From a virus, in IMG/VR virus record IMGVR_UViG_3300045988_092645, positions 1-50,347 of that record: DNA of 50,347 bases. One strand, 5' to 3'. The translations under genes were made by a program, and so were the position numbers. Under the pieces are notes generated by a model that saw only the letters and a program-made list of their open reading frames with translations, was not told the DNA's origin and did not search any database. How positions within the stretch are numbered: the stretch's first letter is position 1; every line of letters begins with the position of its first letter. This document shows, piece by piece, positions 22,605-32,116 of the stretch.

Positions 22605-22792
22605 TTTCTTTTCCTTTCTTCATTTCCATCCATCCAACACTCACAGCTTGTGTAATAATCTACATTATCTAAATATAAATCTGAATCGGAATTGTTGCAA
22701 AACAAAAATCCTTTTGCAAATTCGCTATATAAGCAATTTGAACAACGCTCTGGTTTATCTGGTCTAACAATCTTCATTTTTAATTCCTCCAT
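22601..22792 (-). CDS. small Cys-rich (zinc-finger-like) protein
   Basis: Track ORF containing CSNC...C...CEC. Confidence 0.45.
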   Translation of the reverse strand: MEELKMKIVRPDKPERCSNCLYSEFAKGFLFCNNSDSDLYLDNVDYYTSCECWMDGNEERKRK

Positions 22793-25521
22793 TATTTAGC
22801 CATCATTGTACTATTATATTTCACGACTCTACTAACATATCTCTTCTCATTAAATTCTAATGCACCTTGTTCTTCCAGTATGTTTATCACTCTACTTGTT
22901 ACTGCTCTGCCTTTGCATCTATCATAAAAATTATCATAATCTAAAAACTTGCCATTCTTCTTCCTTTCCATTTCTATCTCTGTGGCGGCTTTGTCTCCTA
23001 TTCCCTTAATAATACTCATACCCTGTTGTATAACCATTTCACCATCATAATTTCTTAATGATGTTCTGGCTGTCTGGTTTACGTGGGGCAACATAACCAC
23101 AACACCATCTTTCACGGCACACTCTGCATATTTAAAAATATTTGCTTCGTTCAATGCGTATTTCATTTTTACATACCAAAATTCTGTTGGGAAATGTATC
23201 TTGTACCACATCTGGTCTACACTAATTAAGGAGTAGCCTGTACTGTGCCCCTTATTAAAGCCATAGATTAACATGCTACTCCATAGACTATCTGTCTGCT
23301 TTCTTGTTAATCCTTCACTTCGGCAACCCTTATAAAAATCTTTCTTCATCTGTTCAATGATTGGTATGTACTCTGGTTTTGTTAGGTTCTCTGCTTTCTT
23401 CATAATCTTCAATAAATCAAAACTCTGTGGAGCTGTTAAATGCCCTACCTTCTGAGCAACCTCTACAGTCTGCTCTTGGTATAACATTGTTCCATACGTT
23501 TCTTGTGTGTATTTATAATATGGTGTGTTTTTGTCTGCCTTACCAGATAATTTGTTATACGCATATGTTTCATGCATCTTTAACTGTAATGGTGCAGGTC
23601 TGTTCAATGCGTTTACTGCAATAACATCATTCATACAATCACATTGTATCATGTCAAGAATTTTCTTTGGTGCAGATTTCTCCATCTGAAATATCCCATC
23701 TGTATTTCCTGCTCTAAAATTATCATAAATATCTTGTTCTTCTCTGTCCTCGTCTGTTATTCTATGCCCTGTATACTCTCTCAATTCTTTTGTTTCAGAC
23801 AATGTTTTAAGACCTAACATATCAAACTTAATACAATTAATATGCTCCAAATCATTAAGGTCATAACAAGACGAATATGCATCCTTACCACGTCTTATGA
23901 TACAGGTATAGTTTGATATGTCTGTACCTACTACAGCCACCCCAGCGGCATGTTTACCAAGATAACGTATCTTTCCATACAACTTACTAAAATGCTTCAT
24001 TATGTTATCATACAAATCATTGTACTCATAATATGCCGCATCATCCTTTAATGCCTGCATATCCAATTCGCCCTCAATCTCATACCCATGTATAAATGCT
24101 TTTATTTCTGCTACTATCTTTTTGTTATTGTCTTTGTCAAACTCGTCTAAATCCTTTCCAGACATTGGCAAACCACATACACCAGATAAATCATTTACTA
24201 GGTTGTCAATGTTGTATTCTCCATAGCTACATATCTGGACAGCTTTTCCTTTATGTTTTTTGATAACATAATCAATAACTTCCTGTCTACGTTCTGTCTC
24301 AAAATCTACATCTATATCAGGTAGCTTCTTCTTTTCCTTACGCATAAACCTACTAAAATCTAAATTATATTTTATGCTATCAACATCTGTTATGTTTAAT
24401 GCATACGCAATTAAACAATTACAAGCTGACCCTCTTCCTGCTCCTACCTCTATGCCATTGACCCTTGCCCAATTAACATAATCCTGCACCATTAAAAAAT
24501 AATCGTCAAAACCATGATAATGGATTACGTCTAGTTCCTTCTTGCATCTTGTTATGTATTTTTTGTTATATTTCCTTTTTTTCTTTAATCCTCTAATTAT
24601 GTTTTGTTTCAACAACTTATAGCTGTCTCCACCTGTTGAAATTTGCGGAAGCTCAAGTTTACATCCTTCCAGAATATCACTTTCCACCTTGTTATAAATC
24701 TCGTCCATGTTGTTTATGTATTCTGTTGCTATTTTCTCCGCTTCTCCCGAAAGAACTTTGTTATATATTTTTACAAATCTTTTCTTGATTTCCTTTTCAG
24801 ATGGCATATACCTTTCACCATATGTTCTTTTTACATCTAATGTTGTTTTACCTATTTCATGCATTTTGCAATAAGTATCAAAATCTTCCTTACGTCCAAA
24901 ATGTGAATCAGAAGTTAAGATGCATTTAATGTTTAATGCTCCTGCTAATCTCATAAGCACTAAATCTGTTTTCTCTTGAGTATGTTTTGTATCAATCTTA
25001 TACGGTTGTATTTCGACATACAAATCTTTTCCGAATATACTTTTAAATTTCTTCAAAATTTTTATAGCCATCTTTTCATTGTTGTTTACTATTGCTTGTG
25101 ATGTTGCACTCGCTATACAAGCTGTAGTACAAATTAAACCCTCTGAATACTTTTCCAACAATTTAAAATCCGCAATCGGTTTATAATAAAACTGTTGTGT
25201 ATTTGCTTCTGTCATGATATGACAAAGATTCTCATAACCTTTTAAATTCTTGACAAACAAGTTTAAATGATATGATTTTCTCTTAGGATTTTCTTTGTCA
25301 TATACTGGTTGAAAATAAATCTCGCATCCTAATATCGGTTTTATGCCTGCATCCTTACAAGCCAACCAATGTTGTATCAAACCAGATATATTTCCATGAT
25401 TACTTGTTCCAAGTGCTTTGTACCCCAACTCCTTTGCTATCTCTACCAATTCTTGCGGCTTTCCGAATCCATCAAAAAAGCTGTGTTCATCATGCCTGTG
25501 TAAATCAAAAAATTTACTCAT
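22792..25521 (-). CDS. dnaE: DNA polymerase III alpha-type (DnaE-like) replicative polymerase
   Basis: PHP domain (FDLHRHDEHSFFDG, GTSNHGN), GRGSACNCLIAYALNITDVD, LPDIDVDF, FDMLGLKTL, MLYQEQ, FNKGHSTGYS. Confidence 0.9.
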   Translation of the reverse strand: MSKFFDLHRHDEHSFFDGFGKPQELVEIAKELGYKALGTSNHGNISGLIQHWLACKDAGIKPILGCEIYFQPVYDKENPKRKSYHLNLFVKNLKGYENLCHIMTEANTQQFYYKPIADFKLLEKYSEGLICTTACIASATSQAIVNNNEKMAIKILKKFKSIFGKDLYVEIQPYKIDTKHTQEKTDLVLMRLAGALNIKCILTSDSHFGRKEDFDTYCKMHEIGKTTLDVKRTYGERYMPSEKEIKKRFVKIYNKVLSGEAEKIATEYINNMDEIYNKVESDILEGCKLELPQISTGGDSYKLLKQNIIRGLKKKRKYNKKYITRCKKELDVIHYHGFDDYFLMVQDYVNWARVNGIEVGAGRGSACNCLIAYALNITDVDSIKYNLDFSRFMRKEKKKLPDIDVDFETERRQEVIDYVIKKHKGKAVQICSYGEYNIDNLVNDLSGVCGLPMSGKDLDEFDKDNNKKIVAEIKAFIHGYEIEGELDMQALKDDAAYYEYNDLYDNIMKHFSKLYGKIRYLGKHAAGVAVVGTDISNYTCIIRRGKDAYSSCYDLNDLEHINCIKFDMLGLKTLSETKELREYTGHRITDEDREEQDIYDNFRAGNTDGIFQMEKSAPKKILDMIQCDCMNDVIAVNALNRPAPLQLKMHETYAYNKLSGKADKNTPYYKYTQETYGTMLYQEQTVEVAQKVGHLTAPQSFDLLKIMKKAENLTKPEYIPIIEQMKKDFYKGCRSEGLTRKQTDSLWSSMLIYGFNKGHSTGYSLISVDQMWYKIHFPTEFWYVKMKYALNEANIFKYAECAVKDGVVVMLPHVNQTARTSLRNYDGEMVIQQGMSIIKGIGDKAATEIEMERKKNGKFLDYDNFYDRCKGRAVTSRVINILEEQGALEFNEKRYVSRVVKYNSTMMAK

Positions 25522-25544
25522 TGTTTTCGCTCCTTACACTTTAT

Positions 25545-25573
25545 ATTATAACAAAAGGGCTGAACTATGTCAA
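25545..25573 (-). promoter_or_regulatory. sigma-A-type promoter (perfect consensus) with the -35 embedded in a hairpin
   Basis: -35 TTGACA (25568..25573), 17-nt spacer, TGtTATAAT (-10 at 25545..25550). Confidence 0.75.
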
Positions 25574-25576
25574 CCC
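25557..25576 (-). terminator. hairpin overlapping the promoter -35
   Basis: GGGUUGA-CAUAGU-UCAGCCC followed by UUUUGUUAUAAU. Confidence 0.5.
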
Positions 25577-25593
25577 CTAAATGTTATTATTTA

Positions 25594-26385
25594 TTAATCC
25601 CAGTCATCATCATCTGTTTCTTCATCATCCCAATCATCTTCCTGCTCTTCATCATCTTCTTCTAAAATGTCAATATAATATTCTTTTGCTTTTCTAGGCT
25701 TACAATCAAGACCTCTTTCCTTACACATCTGGTAAAGCTCTCTGGCTGACATTTCCTCGTAATCTTCTATTTCTTCTTCAATCTCTGTCTCTGGTTCTGC
25801 TTTTGTTTTGGTTTTTCTTCCTTTTGTTTTAGCTCTAGTTGGCTTTTCTTCATCTTCCTCAATTTCTGAATTGTCAGCAGGATAAGCCTTGTCGATTGCT
25901 TTCAGAATTGCCTGCTCTGACATTGGTTTCACTTTCTCATTTCTGAATTTCTTTTTGTCCAAAGGAATAACGGAATAAGTTGTGTTTTGTCCTTTTCCGA
26001 TTCTCTTTATCTCAAAATCTCTATCTGTGATAGTTCCATAAGTTTCATACATAGATGCTAATGCAGGAACAGGAGAACAATTATTAACAGCAAACATAAA
26101 TAACTTAACTTCTTTGCTTTCATAGTCATATACGCTCCATACATACATATTTCTTGTTCTTAAATCTTCATCCTCACAATATGAACATTCTCTTCCAAAC
26201 ATTTCTTGGCAAGGAACATTCACACCAAGTTTGAAACTATCATGGAAAGGAATCTCCACACCATCTTCCATATCATTTAAAAATCTAAGTCTAATTTTTG
26301 TTCCCTCTTTGAAAAAAATAAACTTACCTTTATTTGTTCCACTTTTTGCAATCTCATTTTTTATTGCTTGAATTGAAATAGCCAT
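25594..26385 (-). CDS. gp32-like ssDNA-binding protein with an acidic HeH-containing tail
   Basis: IRLRFL, FHDSF...PCQEMFGRECSYC (Zn site as in T4 gp32), MYVWSVY, VKLFMF, FEIKRIGKG. Tail EDDWDDEETDDDDWD. The ATG at 26385 follows AAGGAG. Confidence 0.65.
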   Translation of the reverse strand: MAISIQAIKNEIAKSGTNKGKFIFFKEGTKIRLRFLNDMEDGVEIPFHDSFKLGVNVPCQEMFGRECSYCEDEDLRTRNMYVWSVYDYESKEVKLFMFAVNNCSPVPALASMYETYGTITDRDFEIKRIGKGQNTTYSVIPLDKKKFRNEKVKPMSEQAILKAIDKAYPADNSEIEEDEEKPTRAKTKGRKTKTKAEPETEIEEEIEDYEEMSARELYQMCKERGLDCKPRKAKEYYIDILEEDDEEQEDDWDDEETDDDDWD

Positions 26386-26407
26386 CTTTATACACTCCTT
26401 TTTTGCT

Positions 26408-26794
26408 TTATCTTTTATAAACTCTTGTGTCAAACTTTTTGATTCTAAAATAACTAAAATCTTTTACTCTAATTGTTGCACCTTGAATCTGCACATATCC
26501 ATCATATTTCTGTGGGTTCTTATATATTTTATTAACAACTTCAAGAATCTCGTCTAATGCTTTTTGTTTTTCTGACTTTATCTCATCAATAAGAATCATT
26601 AACAATTTCTTATCAAATTCAACTTCGCTTTTTTCTCTTTCAAATCCAACAAGACTTTTATATTCATCGCATAGTGTTTTATACTCTTCTGAAAACTCAT
26701 CAAATTCTTTTGTTATATTATCTGATAAGACAACCTGCTTGCCACTAACATGCATCAGCTCAATTTCTGATTCAATCTTTGCTACTAATTTCAT
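26408..26794 (-). CDS. hypothetical protein
   Basis: Track ORF. Confidence 0.5.
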   Translation of the reverse strand: MKLVAKIESEIELMHVSGKQVVLSDNITKEFDEFSEEYKTLCDEYKSLVGFEREKSEVEFDKKLLMILIDEIKSEKQKALDEILEVVNKIYKNPQKYDGYVQIQGATIRVKDFSYFRIKKFDTRVYKR

Positions 26795-27734
26795 TTAATT
26801 CTCGCCTTACCTTTCTCAGCGACTTTTTAATTTGTTCTTTCGTCATTTCTCCAACGTCTTTATTAGGTATTTCAAATCTTATTACTCTAAAATACTCACT
26901 TAGTAACCTTGTTCCTTTTTCTCCCGATTTATCATTATCCAGAACAGACACCACTGTTTTAATATTTTTTTCTTTGAGTTTTTCTATTTGTTCATCTGAT
27001 ATATGCCACCCTAACAATGCAACAACATTTTTCAAATGCCCTTTTGTTTTAAGATTTAAGCAATCAAGATAACCCTCGCAAATAAATACTATACTGTCCT
27101 TCTCATATGTACCACTTAAAGTATCCCTTTTTCTAAAACCCTCATTATAAAGGTACTTTCGTTTCTGCTCTACATATCTATTTGTAGTTCTTGCAACATA
27201 TCCTTTAAATATTCCATTGTCTAATATAGGGAATATAATTGGATATGCTATGTTATAAGATACTCTGCAATCCGCTGTGTTTAAATCCTTCTTTGTAAAT
27301 CCCCTGTTATGCATATACTCATATGCCCTTTGTTCTTCTTCTTCCAAATCTCCATACCAATCTATTGTTTTCAAACCATAAAAATAATCGTCTGCTTCAA
27401 TAATTGCTTGGTGATTGTTTATTTTTTTCTTTTTCTTATACCTTGCATTTATCTTTTTGATTTCCTTGCTATTTAGAATCCTTTCAAGATAAATACAAGC
27501 CTGTAAATCATTCAACTCTGGCTGTGCATTTTTAACAAAGTCATATGCATTACCATATAATCCACAACCAAAACAAAAGAATGTACCATCTGAAAGATTT
27601 ATTCGCATTGATGGGTTTATATCATCATGAAAAGGGCAAACTATGCTGAACTCAGACGTTGGAACATCATCATTTATTATTCCATAGAATACCAAGACTT
27701 TTAATAAATCTTTTCCTGTATATTTCCTTCTCAT
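26772..27734 (-). CDS. dnaG: DNA primase (DnaG-type: CHC2 zinc finger + TOPRIM)
   Basis: CPFHDDINPSMRINLSDGTFFCFGCGLYGNAYDF, FICEGYLDCL, VSVLDNDKSGEKG. Confidence 0.85.
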   Translation of the reverse strand: MRRKYTGKDLLKVLVFYGIINDDVPTSEFSIVCPFHDDINPSMRINLSDGTFFCFGCGLYGNAYDFVKNAQPELNDLQACIYLERILNSKEIKKINARYKKKKKINNHQAIIEADDYFYGLKTIDWYGDLEEEEQRAYEYMHNRGFTKKDLNTADCRVSYNIAYPIIFPILDNGIFKGYVARTTNRYVEQKRKYLYNEGFRKRDTLSGTYEKDSIVFICEGYLDCLNLKTKGHLKNVVALLGWHISDEQIEKLKEKNIKTVVSVLDNDKSGEKGTRLLSEYFRVIRFEIPNKDVGEMTKEQIKKSLRKVRRELNEISSKD

Positions 27735-28264
27735 TTTTTAATTTCCGTTAACTTGATATAAGGCTTTCCTAATTCCACATCATAGCAAGAATTTAATTGC
27801 TTTTTCTTTATCACTCCTGTTTGATATGCATTATCAAGTTTCGTTTCATTTACTACCTCTTGAACTTCTATATATTTCTTAAATTCATTTGGCTTTACTC
27901 CACAGGTTTTAAGATATTTAACAAGACCTTCCATATCACTAACAATGTATGTTTTATCTATAACTTCTTTCTGCTGTTCTTTTGTCAAGTTTTGTTTTAA
28001 CTTATCAAGAAACCAAACAATTTTTCTTTTTCTAATTTTCTGCACTTTCAAATGTTTATGGTTTGAGTAGTACATTTGCGTTTCATCAAGAGTCACATTA
28101 AAACTATCCGTTTCTTGTGTGGAATACATATAGTTTGAAATGTTTAAAGACTCTTTTCTGTTTACTTCATCTAAATATTGTTTTGCTTCTTTTTCATTCT
28201 GCCTTGCTTCATAAAGAAGTCTAACGCTATTCTTCACACTTGTTGGAACTGATGTATCTATCAT
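27731..28264 (-). CDS. hypothetical protein
   Basis: Track ORF 27731..28345. The ATG at 28264 follows GAAGGAGGG. Confidence 0.5.
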   Translation of the reverse strand: MIDTSVPTSVKNSVRLLYEARQNEKEAKQYLDEVNRKESLNISNYMYSTQETDSFNVTLDETQMYYSNHKHLKVQKIRKRKIVWFLDKLKQNLTKEQQKEVIDKTYIVSDMEGLVKYLKTCGVKPNEFKKYIEVQEVVNETKLDNAYQTGVIKKKQLNSCYDVELGKPYIKLTEIKK

Positions 28265-28925
28265 GAATATCCCTCCTTCCCTGCTTTGTTCTATGTCCTT
28301 TAATATAATTGCGAATATCCTTAGGGAAAGAATTCGCTGTATCATTTTTACTTACGATGAATAATAATTCATCAAAACCAATCTTGACTTCTGTCCCGTA
28401 GAATGTTTGAACTTTTACAAGTCTTTGTTTTCTGTTAATTCCTACAACTTTTGCAAACCTCAACTTTCTATATACATTCTGGTCTTTCGCTTCTACATAA
28501 TGAATAAATGCGATTGTTGAACCAATCTGTAATACTTCATCATATACCCATTGCGGCTTCTCATATGAATATTTTTCCGCAATCTGCTTTAATGTTGTTG
28601 CATAGATTCCTCTATACTTGTTTTCTGTCTCTTGCTCTTTTTCCGTTGTTTCTTCTTTTCCTTCCTCCCATGCTTCTTCATCATCCTGTGCCTGTGTTTC
28701 TTCTACTACTTCCGCAACTGCTTCGATTGCTTCTACAATATCTGCTTTTTCTTCTTCCTTGCTGTTATCCTCTTCTCCTTTTTTTTCTTCATTCTTGTAA
28801 AACTCTACAAGATTATCAATTAATTCCTGCTTTGTGAACTTATGTCCTTTATGCTCTAATTTAAGCCCCTTCTCTCTTGATAATGCTTTTAAATCCTTTA
28901 CTTTTAAATTACTTAAATCCTTCAT
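28227..28925 (-). CDS. HeH/Rho-N-like motif + acidic linker + C-terminal globular domain, function unknown
   Basis: LKVKDLKALSREKGLKLEHKGHKFTKQELIDNLVEF, followed by an E/D-rich linker. Confidence 0.55.
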   Translation of the reverse strand: MKDLSNLKVKDLKALSREKGLKLEHKGHKFTKQELIDNLVEFYKNEEKKGEEDNSKEEEKADIVEAIEAVAEVVEETQAQDDEEAWEEGKEETTEKEQETENKYRGIYATTLKQIAEKYSYEKPQWVYDEVLQIGSTIAFIHYVEAKDQNVYRKLRFAKVVGINRKQRLVKVQTFYGTEVKIGFDELLFIVSKNDTANSFPKDIRNYIKGHRTKQGRRDIHDRYISSNKCEE

Positions 28926-28958
28926 GTTTTTGCTCTCCTTTTCTTTTTGCTTGTCTTT

Positions 28959-28987
28959 ATTATACTACTGCTTTCTCTATTTGTCAA
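28959..28987 (-). promoter_or_regulatory. sigma-A-type promoter
   Basis: -35 TTGACA (28982..28987), 17-nt spacer, -10 TATAAT (28959..28964). Confidence 0.7.
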
Positions 28988-29017
28988 CCCTGTTTTTATA
29001 TTTATTCAACTTTTTTT

Positions 29018-29224
29018 TTATTTATAACTTTTTCCATAATTATAAACCAAGCCATGGTCTTTTCTTTCATCATAAGATGCAACAATTTTCCCAGAAATGT
29101 TATCATAATATTTATATCTACATCCACCACTCTTTACTGTTACATCCCAGATATACATACTTCTTAATTTGTAACAAAAATCATTATAACTGTTTGCCTT
29201 CACTGTAATAATTGTTCTTCCCAT
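29018..29224 (-). CDS. hypothetical protein
   Basis: The track ORF begins inside the promoter. The ATG at 29224 (MGRTIITVK) follows AAAGGAG. Confidence 0.5.
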   Translation of the reverse strand: MGRTIITVKANSYNDFCYKLRSMYIWDVTVKSGGCRYKYYDNISGKIVASYDERKDHGLVYNYGKSYK

Positions 29225-29278
29225 GTTCTTGTTTTCTCCTTTTATTTTGTTTATCTTGTTTTCTCTGTTCTTGATTAT

Positions 29279-29306
29279 ATTATAACACAAACAAAACAAA
29301 TGTCAA
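29279..29306 (-). promoter_or_regulatory. sigma-A-type promoter
   Basis: -35 TTGACA (29301..29306), 16-nt spacer, TGtTATAAT (-10 at 29279..29284). Confidence 0.7.
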
Positions 29307-29329
29307 TAGATATTTTAAAATTATTTAAA

Positions 29330-29379
29330 CAAAAATAAAGCTTATATACTACATAAATTAATATATAATATATAAGCTT
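29330..29379 (-). terminator. terminator-like inverted repeat closing the 33.7-29.4 kb unit
   Basis: 11-bp arms AAGCTTATATA (29338..29348) / TATATAAGCTT (29369..29379), then UAUUUUUGUUU on the minus strand. Confidence 0.45.
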
Positions 29380-29399
29380 ATAAAATATAAGTTATTTAG

Positions 29400-30122
29400 T
29401 TAGTTATTTGTTTTGTTTTCCTTCATTGCTTTTCTTTCTTTTGCTGTGAACTCATCCTCATATTTAGACTTATACTTTTTGTGGTATTTGTCCTGCATAT
29501 TATGGATTGAAACAGAATCATAACCTGTGCCATTTAACTGTTCACACATTCTGTTTATTTCTTTGATTTCTTTTGTTACATTTTTTACTAACTTAGAAAT
29601 ATAGTCTGCATCTGCTGTCATACCATAATTTGTACACTGTTGCCATAATTCTTCATATAATTGTTTTGTTTGTTTCTCCCAGTCTTTATATCTCTGCATA
29701 GCAGACCGAACAAACTTCGGTAACACGTTATCATTAACATCTGCTGTGGTATATCTACTCCAATCAGAAGGGATAACTTGTGGTAAATCAACCTGTTTTA
29801 TTGGTATTATCTTATGATGCAAGTTAATATATTTATGATGCAGTTTTCTTTTGCCTGTTACCTCATTCATATATTGATATTCTAACTTGCGTTTGAATCC
29901 TTGCAAACCTAAAAAACAAAAGTAATCAGCTAATTGTTCATGCATACTCAAAGCCTTTTGCATATGTTCATCAAGCTTTAAATATATTTCTTCTGCACAC
30001 TGTTCTTTTTCTCTCTCATTTGTTTTCTGCATGGAATAACTTTTGTTTTGTTTTGTTTCAACAGACCACGGCTGTTCATCCTGTCTGTTCATATCTTGTT
30101 GTCCATTATACATTTCATTCAT
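29400..30122 (-). CDS. ferritin-like-looking helical protein, function unknown
   Basis: AGGAGGUG RBS. LADYFCFLGLQGFKRKLEYQYMNEVTGKRKLHHKYI loosely resembles a ferritin/Dps helix pair, but the metal ligands are not evident. Confidence 0.55.
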   Translation of the reverse strand: MNEMYNGQQDMNRQDEQPWSVETKQNKSYSMQKTNEREKEQCAEEIYLKLDEHMQKALSMHEQLADYFCFLGLQGFKRKLEYQYMNEVTGKRKLHHKYINLHHKIIPIKQVDLPQVIPSDWSRYTTADVNDNVLPKFVRSAMQRYKDWEKQTKQLYEELWQQCTNYGMTADADYISKLVKNVTKEIKEINRMCEQLNGTGYDSVSIHNMQDKYHKKYKSKYEDEFTAKERKAMKENKTNN

Positions 30123-30134
30123 TCAAAACACCTC

Positions 30135-30512
30135 CTAGATTGTTGGGAAATTGTATGCTGTTTTGTTTAATTCACAAGAAGAAACAACAAAAGTTCCACT
30201 ATCCGTTGCTACGTTTGTATGATATACTCTACGACTTCTTATTTGGTCTGCATGGACATTATTTCCACATTTTGTTCTTAAAACATACTGTGTTGTTCCT
30301 GCTCCAAGTGTAATTGCTACTGTATCTGCACTAGATATTCCTGTCGGCAATCCTTGTGCAACACAAATACATACTTTTTGTTTATTCACAAAAGTTTCCT
30401 GTGATATGTTTAATATTAAAACACCATCTGTCAAAGTCACACTATTTGTTTTAACAAAGTGTACACATCCTCCGCAACCATAACCATTATTATTATATAA
30501 ACTACATGACAT
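30135..30512 (-). CDS. Cys/Gly-rich small protein, function unknown
   Basis: AGAGGGG RBS. Starts MSCSLYNNNGYGCGGCVHF. Seven Cys. Confidence 0.55.
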   Translation of the reverse strand: MSCSLYNNNGYGCGGCVHFVKTNSVTLTDGVLILNISQETFVNKQKVCICVAQGLPTGISSADTVAITLGAGTTQYVLRTKCGNNVHADQIRSRRVYHTNVATDSGTFVVSSCELNKTAYNFPTI

Positions 30513-30544
30513 AATTCTAAAACCCCTCTCTAACGCTCTACAAG

Positions 30545-30573
30545 CCGAAATAAGGACGGTATTTCTACCGCCC
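30545..30573 (-). terminator. hairpin (attenuator/terminator-like) flanked by direct repeats
   Basis: GGGCGGUA-GAAA-UACCGUCC then UUAUUUCGG. Flanked by GCUUAGAGCGUG (30582..30593) and GCUUGUAGAGCGUU (30532..30545). Confidence 0.4.
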
Positions 30574-30607
30574 TACATTCTCACGCTCTAAGCGGATAAA
30601 ATACTAC

Positions 30608-31300
30608 CTAGCACCCACAGCAATTATTACAACCATTACCAAAACGAGAATACATATAAGCACTCTCATAAGGTGAACAGGTCTGATATGCTGGAATTGG
30701 TGTTGGTCTTAATGTGGAAATTAATGTTGCATTTTGTGCCTGCTGACTTAACTGGAAATTAGCTGTTTGAAGTTCATCCCTTAATGACTGAATTTCATTC
30801 TGTGTCATTAATGCTCTTGTTGCATCACCATCTGCTTTGATAGCATTAACAATGTCACAAGTATTACGAGCGTTTTCATAACGCACAGCATCAAGATTCC
30901 GATTAGTCGTACAGCAACAATCTGCTAACTGTGTTGCTAATGCGTTTGTGTTCTGCATACCTGCAACAGCTACATTATTGATTGCCTGCTGTGTACCATT
31001 AAAACCATTTAAAAGTGAAGTGTTCATGGCATAGAAACCATCACAAAGTCCACTCTCTAAACCATTCAGTTTGTTGATAACCGCTTGATTATCAAAACCT
31101 CTTTGAATGGCTGAGTCTGTATATGCACTTGCTGTTCCATTCATGCCATTACCTCCCCAGTTTCCTCCCCAGTTACCACCCCATGCAAGTAAGAAGAAAA
31201 GGAAAAATACCCAACTGCCATTGCCATCAAACATACCTTCATTGTCTCTGCCTAATGCTAAAGCATCAGCTACGCTTAATCCGCTACCATCCATACCCAT
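30608..31300 (-). CDS. membrane-anchored WGGN-repeat, Asn/Gln-rich, Cys-cluster protein, function unknown
   Basis: CAGGAGG RBS. TM WVFFLFFLLAW, then WGGNWGGNWGGNG. CCC triad (QLADCCCTTN). C-terminus GCNNCCGC. Confidence 0.65.
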   Translation of the reverse strand: MGMDGSGLSVADALALGRDNEGMFDGNGSWVFFLFFLLAWGGNWGGNWGGNGMNGTASAYTDSAIQRGFDNQAVINKLNGLESGLCDGFYAMNTSLLNGFNGTQQAINNVAVAGMQNTNALATQLADCCCTTNRNLDAVRYENARNTCDIVNAIKADGDATRALMTQNEIQSLRDELQTANFQLSQQAQNATLISTLRPTPIPAYQTCSPYESAYMYSRFGNGCNNCCGC

Positions 31301-31354
31301 AATAAGTACCTCCTGTAAGATTTTTATTTATATAAACCACCATTGGCTCATACC

Positions 31355-31549
31355 TTATTTTCTAAATGCTGATTGCATTTGTTTCATTTGGTTTTGAAAC
31401 TGGTTATATGCATCTTCTAAACTAATACCCCTTTGTTTGCAAAGATTATTTGCTACCTGTTTCAATTCATTCTCTGACTTTCCTTGTGCCATTTGTTTCG
31501 CCCTTGCAAATAATGGATTATTTTTAAACATCATTTCCAACTGGTTCAT
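31355..31549 (-). CDS. hypothetical protein
   Basis: GGAGGAGGUG RBS 6 nt before the ATG. Confidence 0.5.
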   Translation of the reverse strand: MNQLEMMFKNNPLFARAKQMAQGKSENELKQVANNLCKQRGISLEDAYNQFQNQMKQMQSAFRK

Positions 31550-31997
31550 CTAGGACACCTCCTCCAAGTTCTTCAATTCTCTGTTTCATTGATTTAATAA
31601 CATCTTCAAAATCTGTTCTCAAGACATACATATTATTTTGTTGTGCCTGTTGCTCCTGCATTTTGTTTTGATTATTCTCTAATACATATGTTTTTAATTC
31701 TGCTGTTCCGTCCAACATGATTTGTTTTGTATAAATCTTTTTGTTTGCTACATCTGTAAAAACAAATAGGCTACCATCCAAATCTATCATACTTGCCTTT
31801 GCTTCATCATAGCTGGAAACAGGTCTACAATTAATCATTTGTTGTGGTTGATTAAACACTTGCTGACCTCTCATGTATCCGTTATACTGATTTGCATATT
31901 GCTGTTGCTCGTATGCATTTACTCTATCTTGATACATTTGTTGTTGGTAAGGACTCAACGGCTTTCCCATGCCATAACCACCATAAGGGTATGTCAT
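31524..31997 (-). CDS. Gln/Tyr-rich low-complexity N-terminus + small globular domain, function unknown
   Basis: AAGGGAGGGAGAGG RBS. Starts MTYPYGGYGMGKPLSPYQQQMYQDRVNAYEQQQYANQYNGYMRGQQ. Confidence 0.6.
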   Translation of the reverse strand: MTYPYGGYGMGKPLSPYQQQMYQDRVNAYEQQQYANQYNGYMRGQQVFNQPQQMINCRPVSSYDEAKASMIDLDGSLFVFTDVANKKIYTKQIMLDGTAELKTYVLENNQNKMQEQQAQQNNMYVLRTDFEDVIKSMKQRIEELGGGVLDEPVGNDV

Positions 31998-32116
31998 TTC
32001 CTCTCCCTCCCTTCCTTTTGTATAACTCCATTATACAGCTATTATTGTAACAAAAGTATAAACAAAATATATTTCTAGTACACAAAAAGGAGATACGTTT
32101 TTGTATCTCCTTTACT

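Noticed and set aside
29400-30122. Calling the 240-aa protein a ferritin/Dps or spore-coat CotJC/CotF homolog.
   Set aside because: Only one helix pair looks ferritin-like, and the di-iron ligands (ExxH pairs) are not evident. It is kept as 'ferritin-like-looking, function unknown'.
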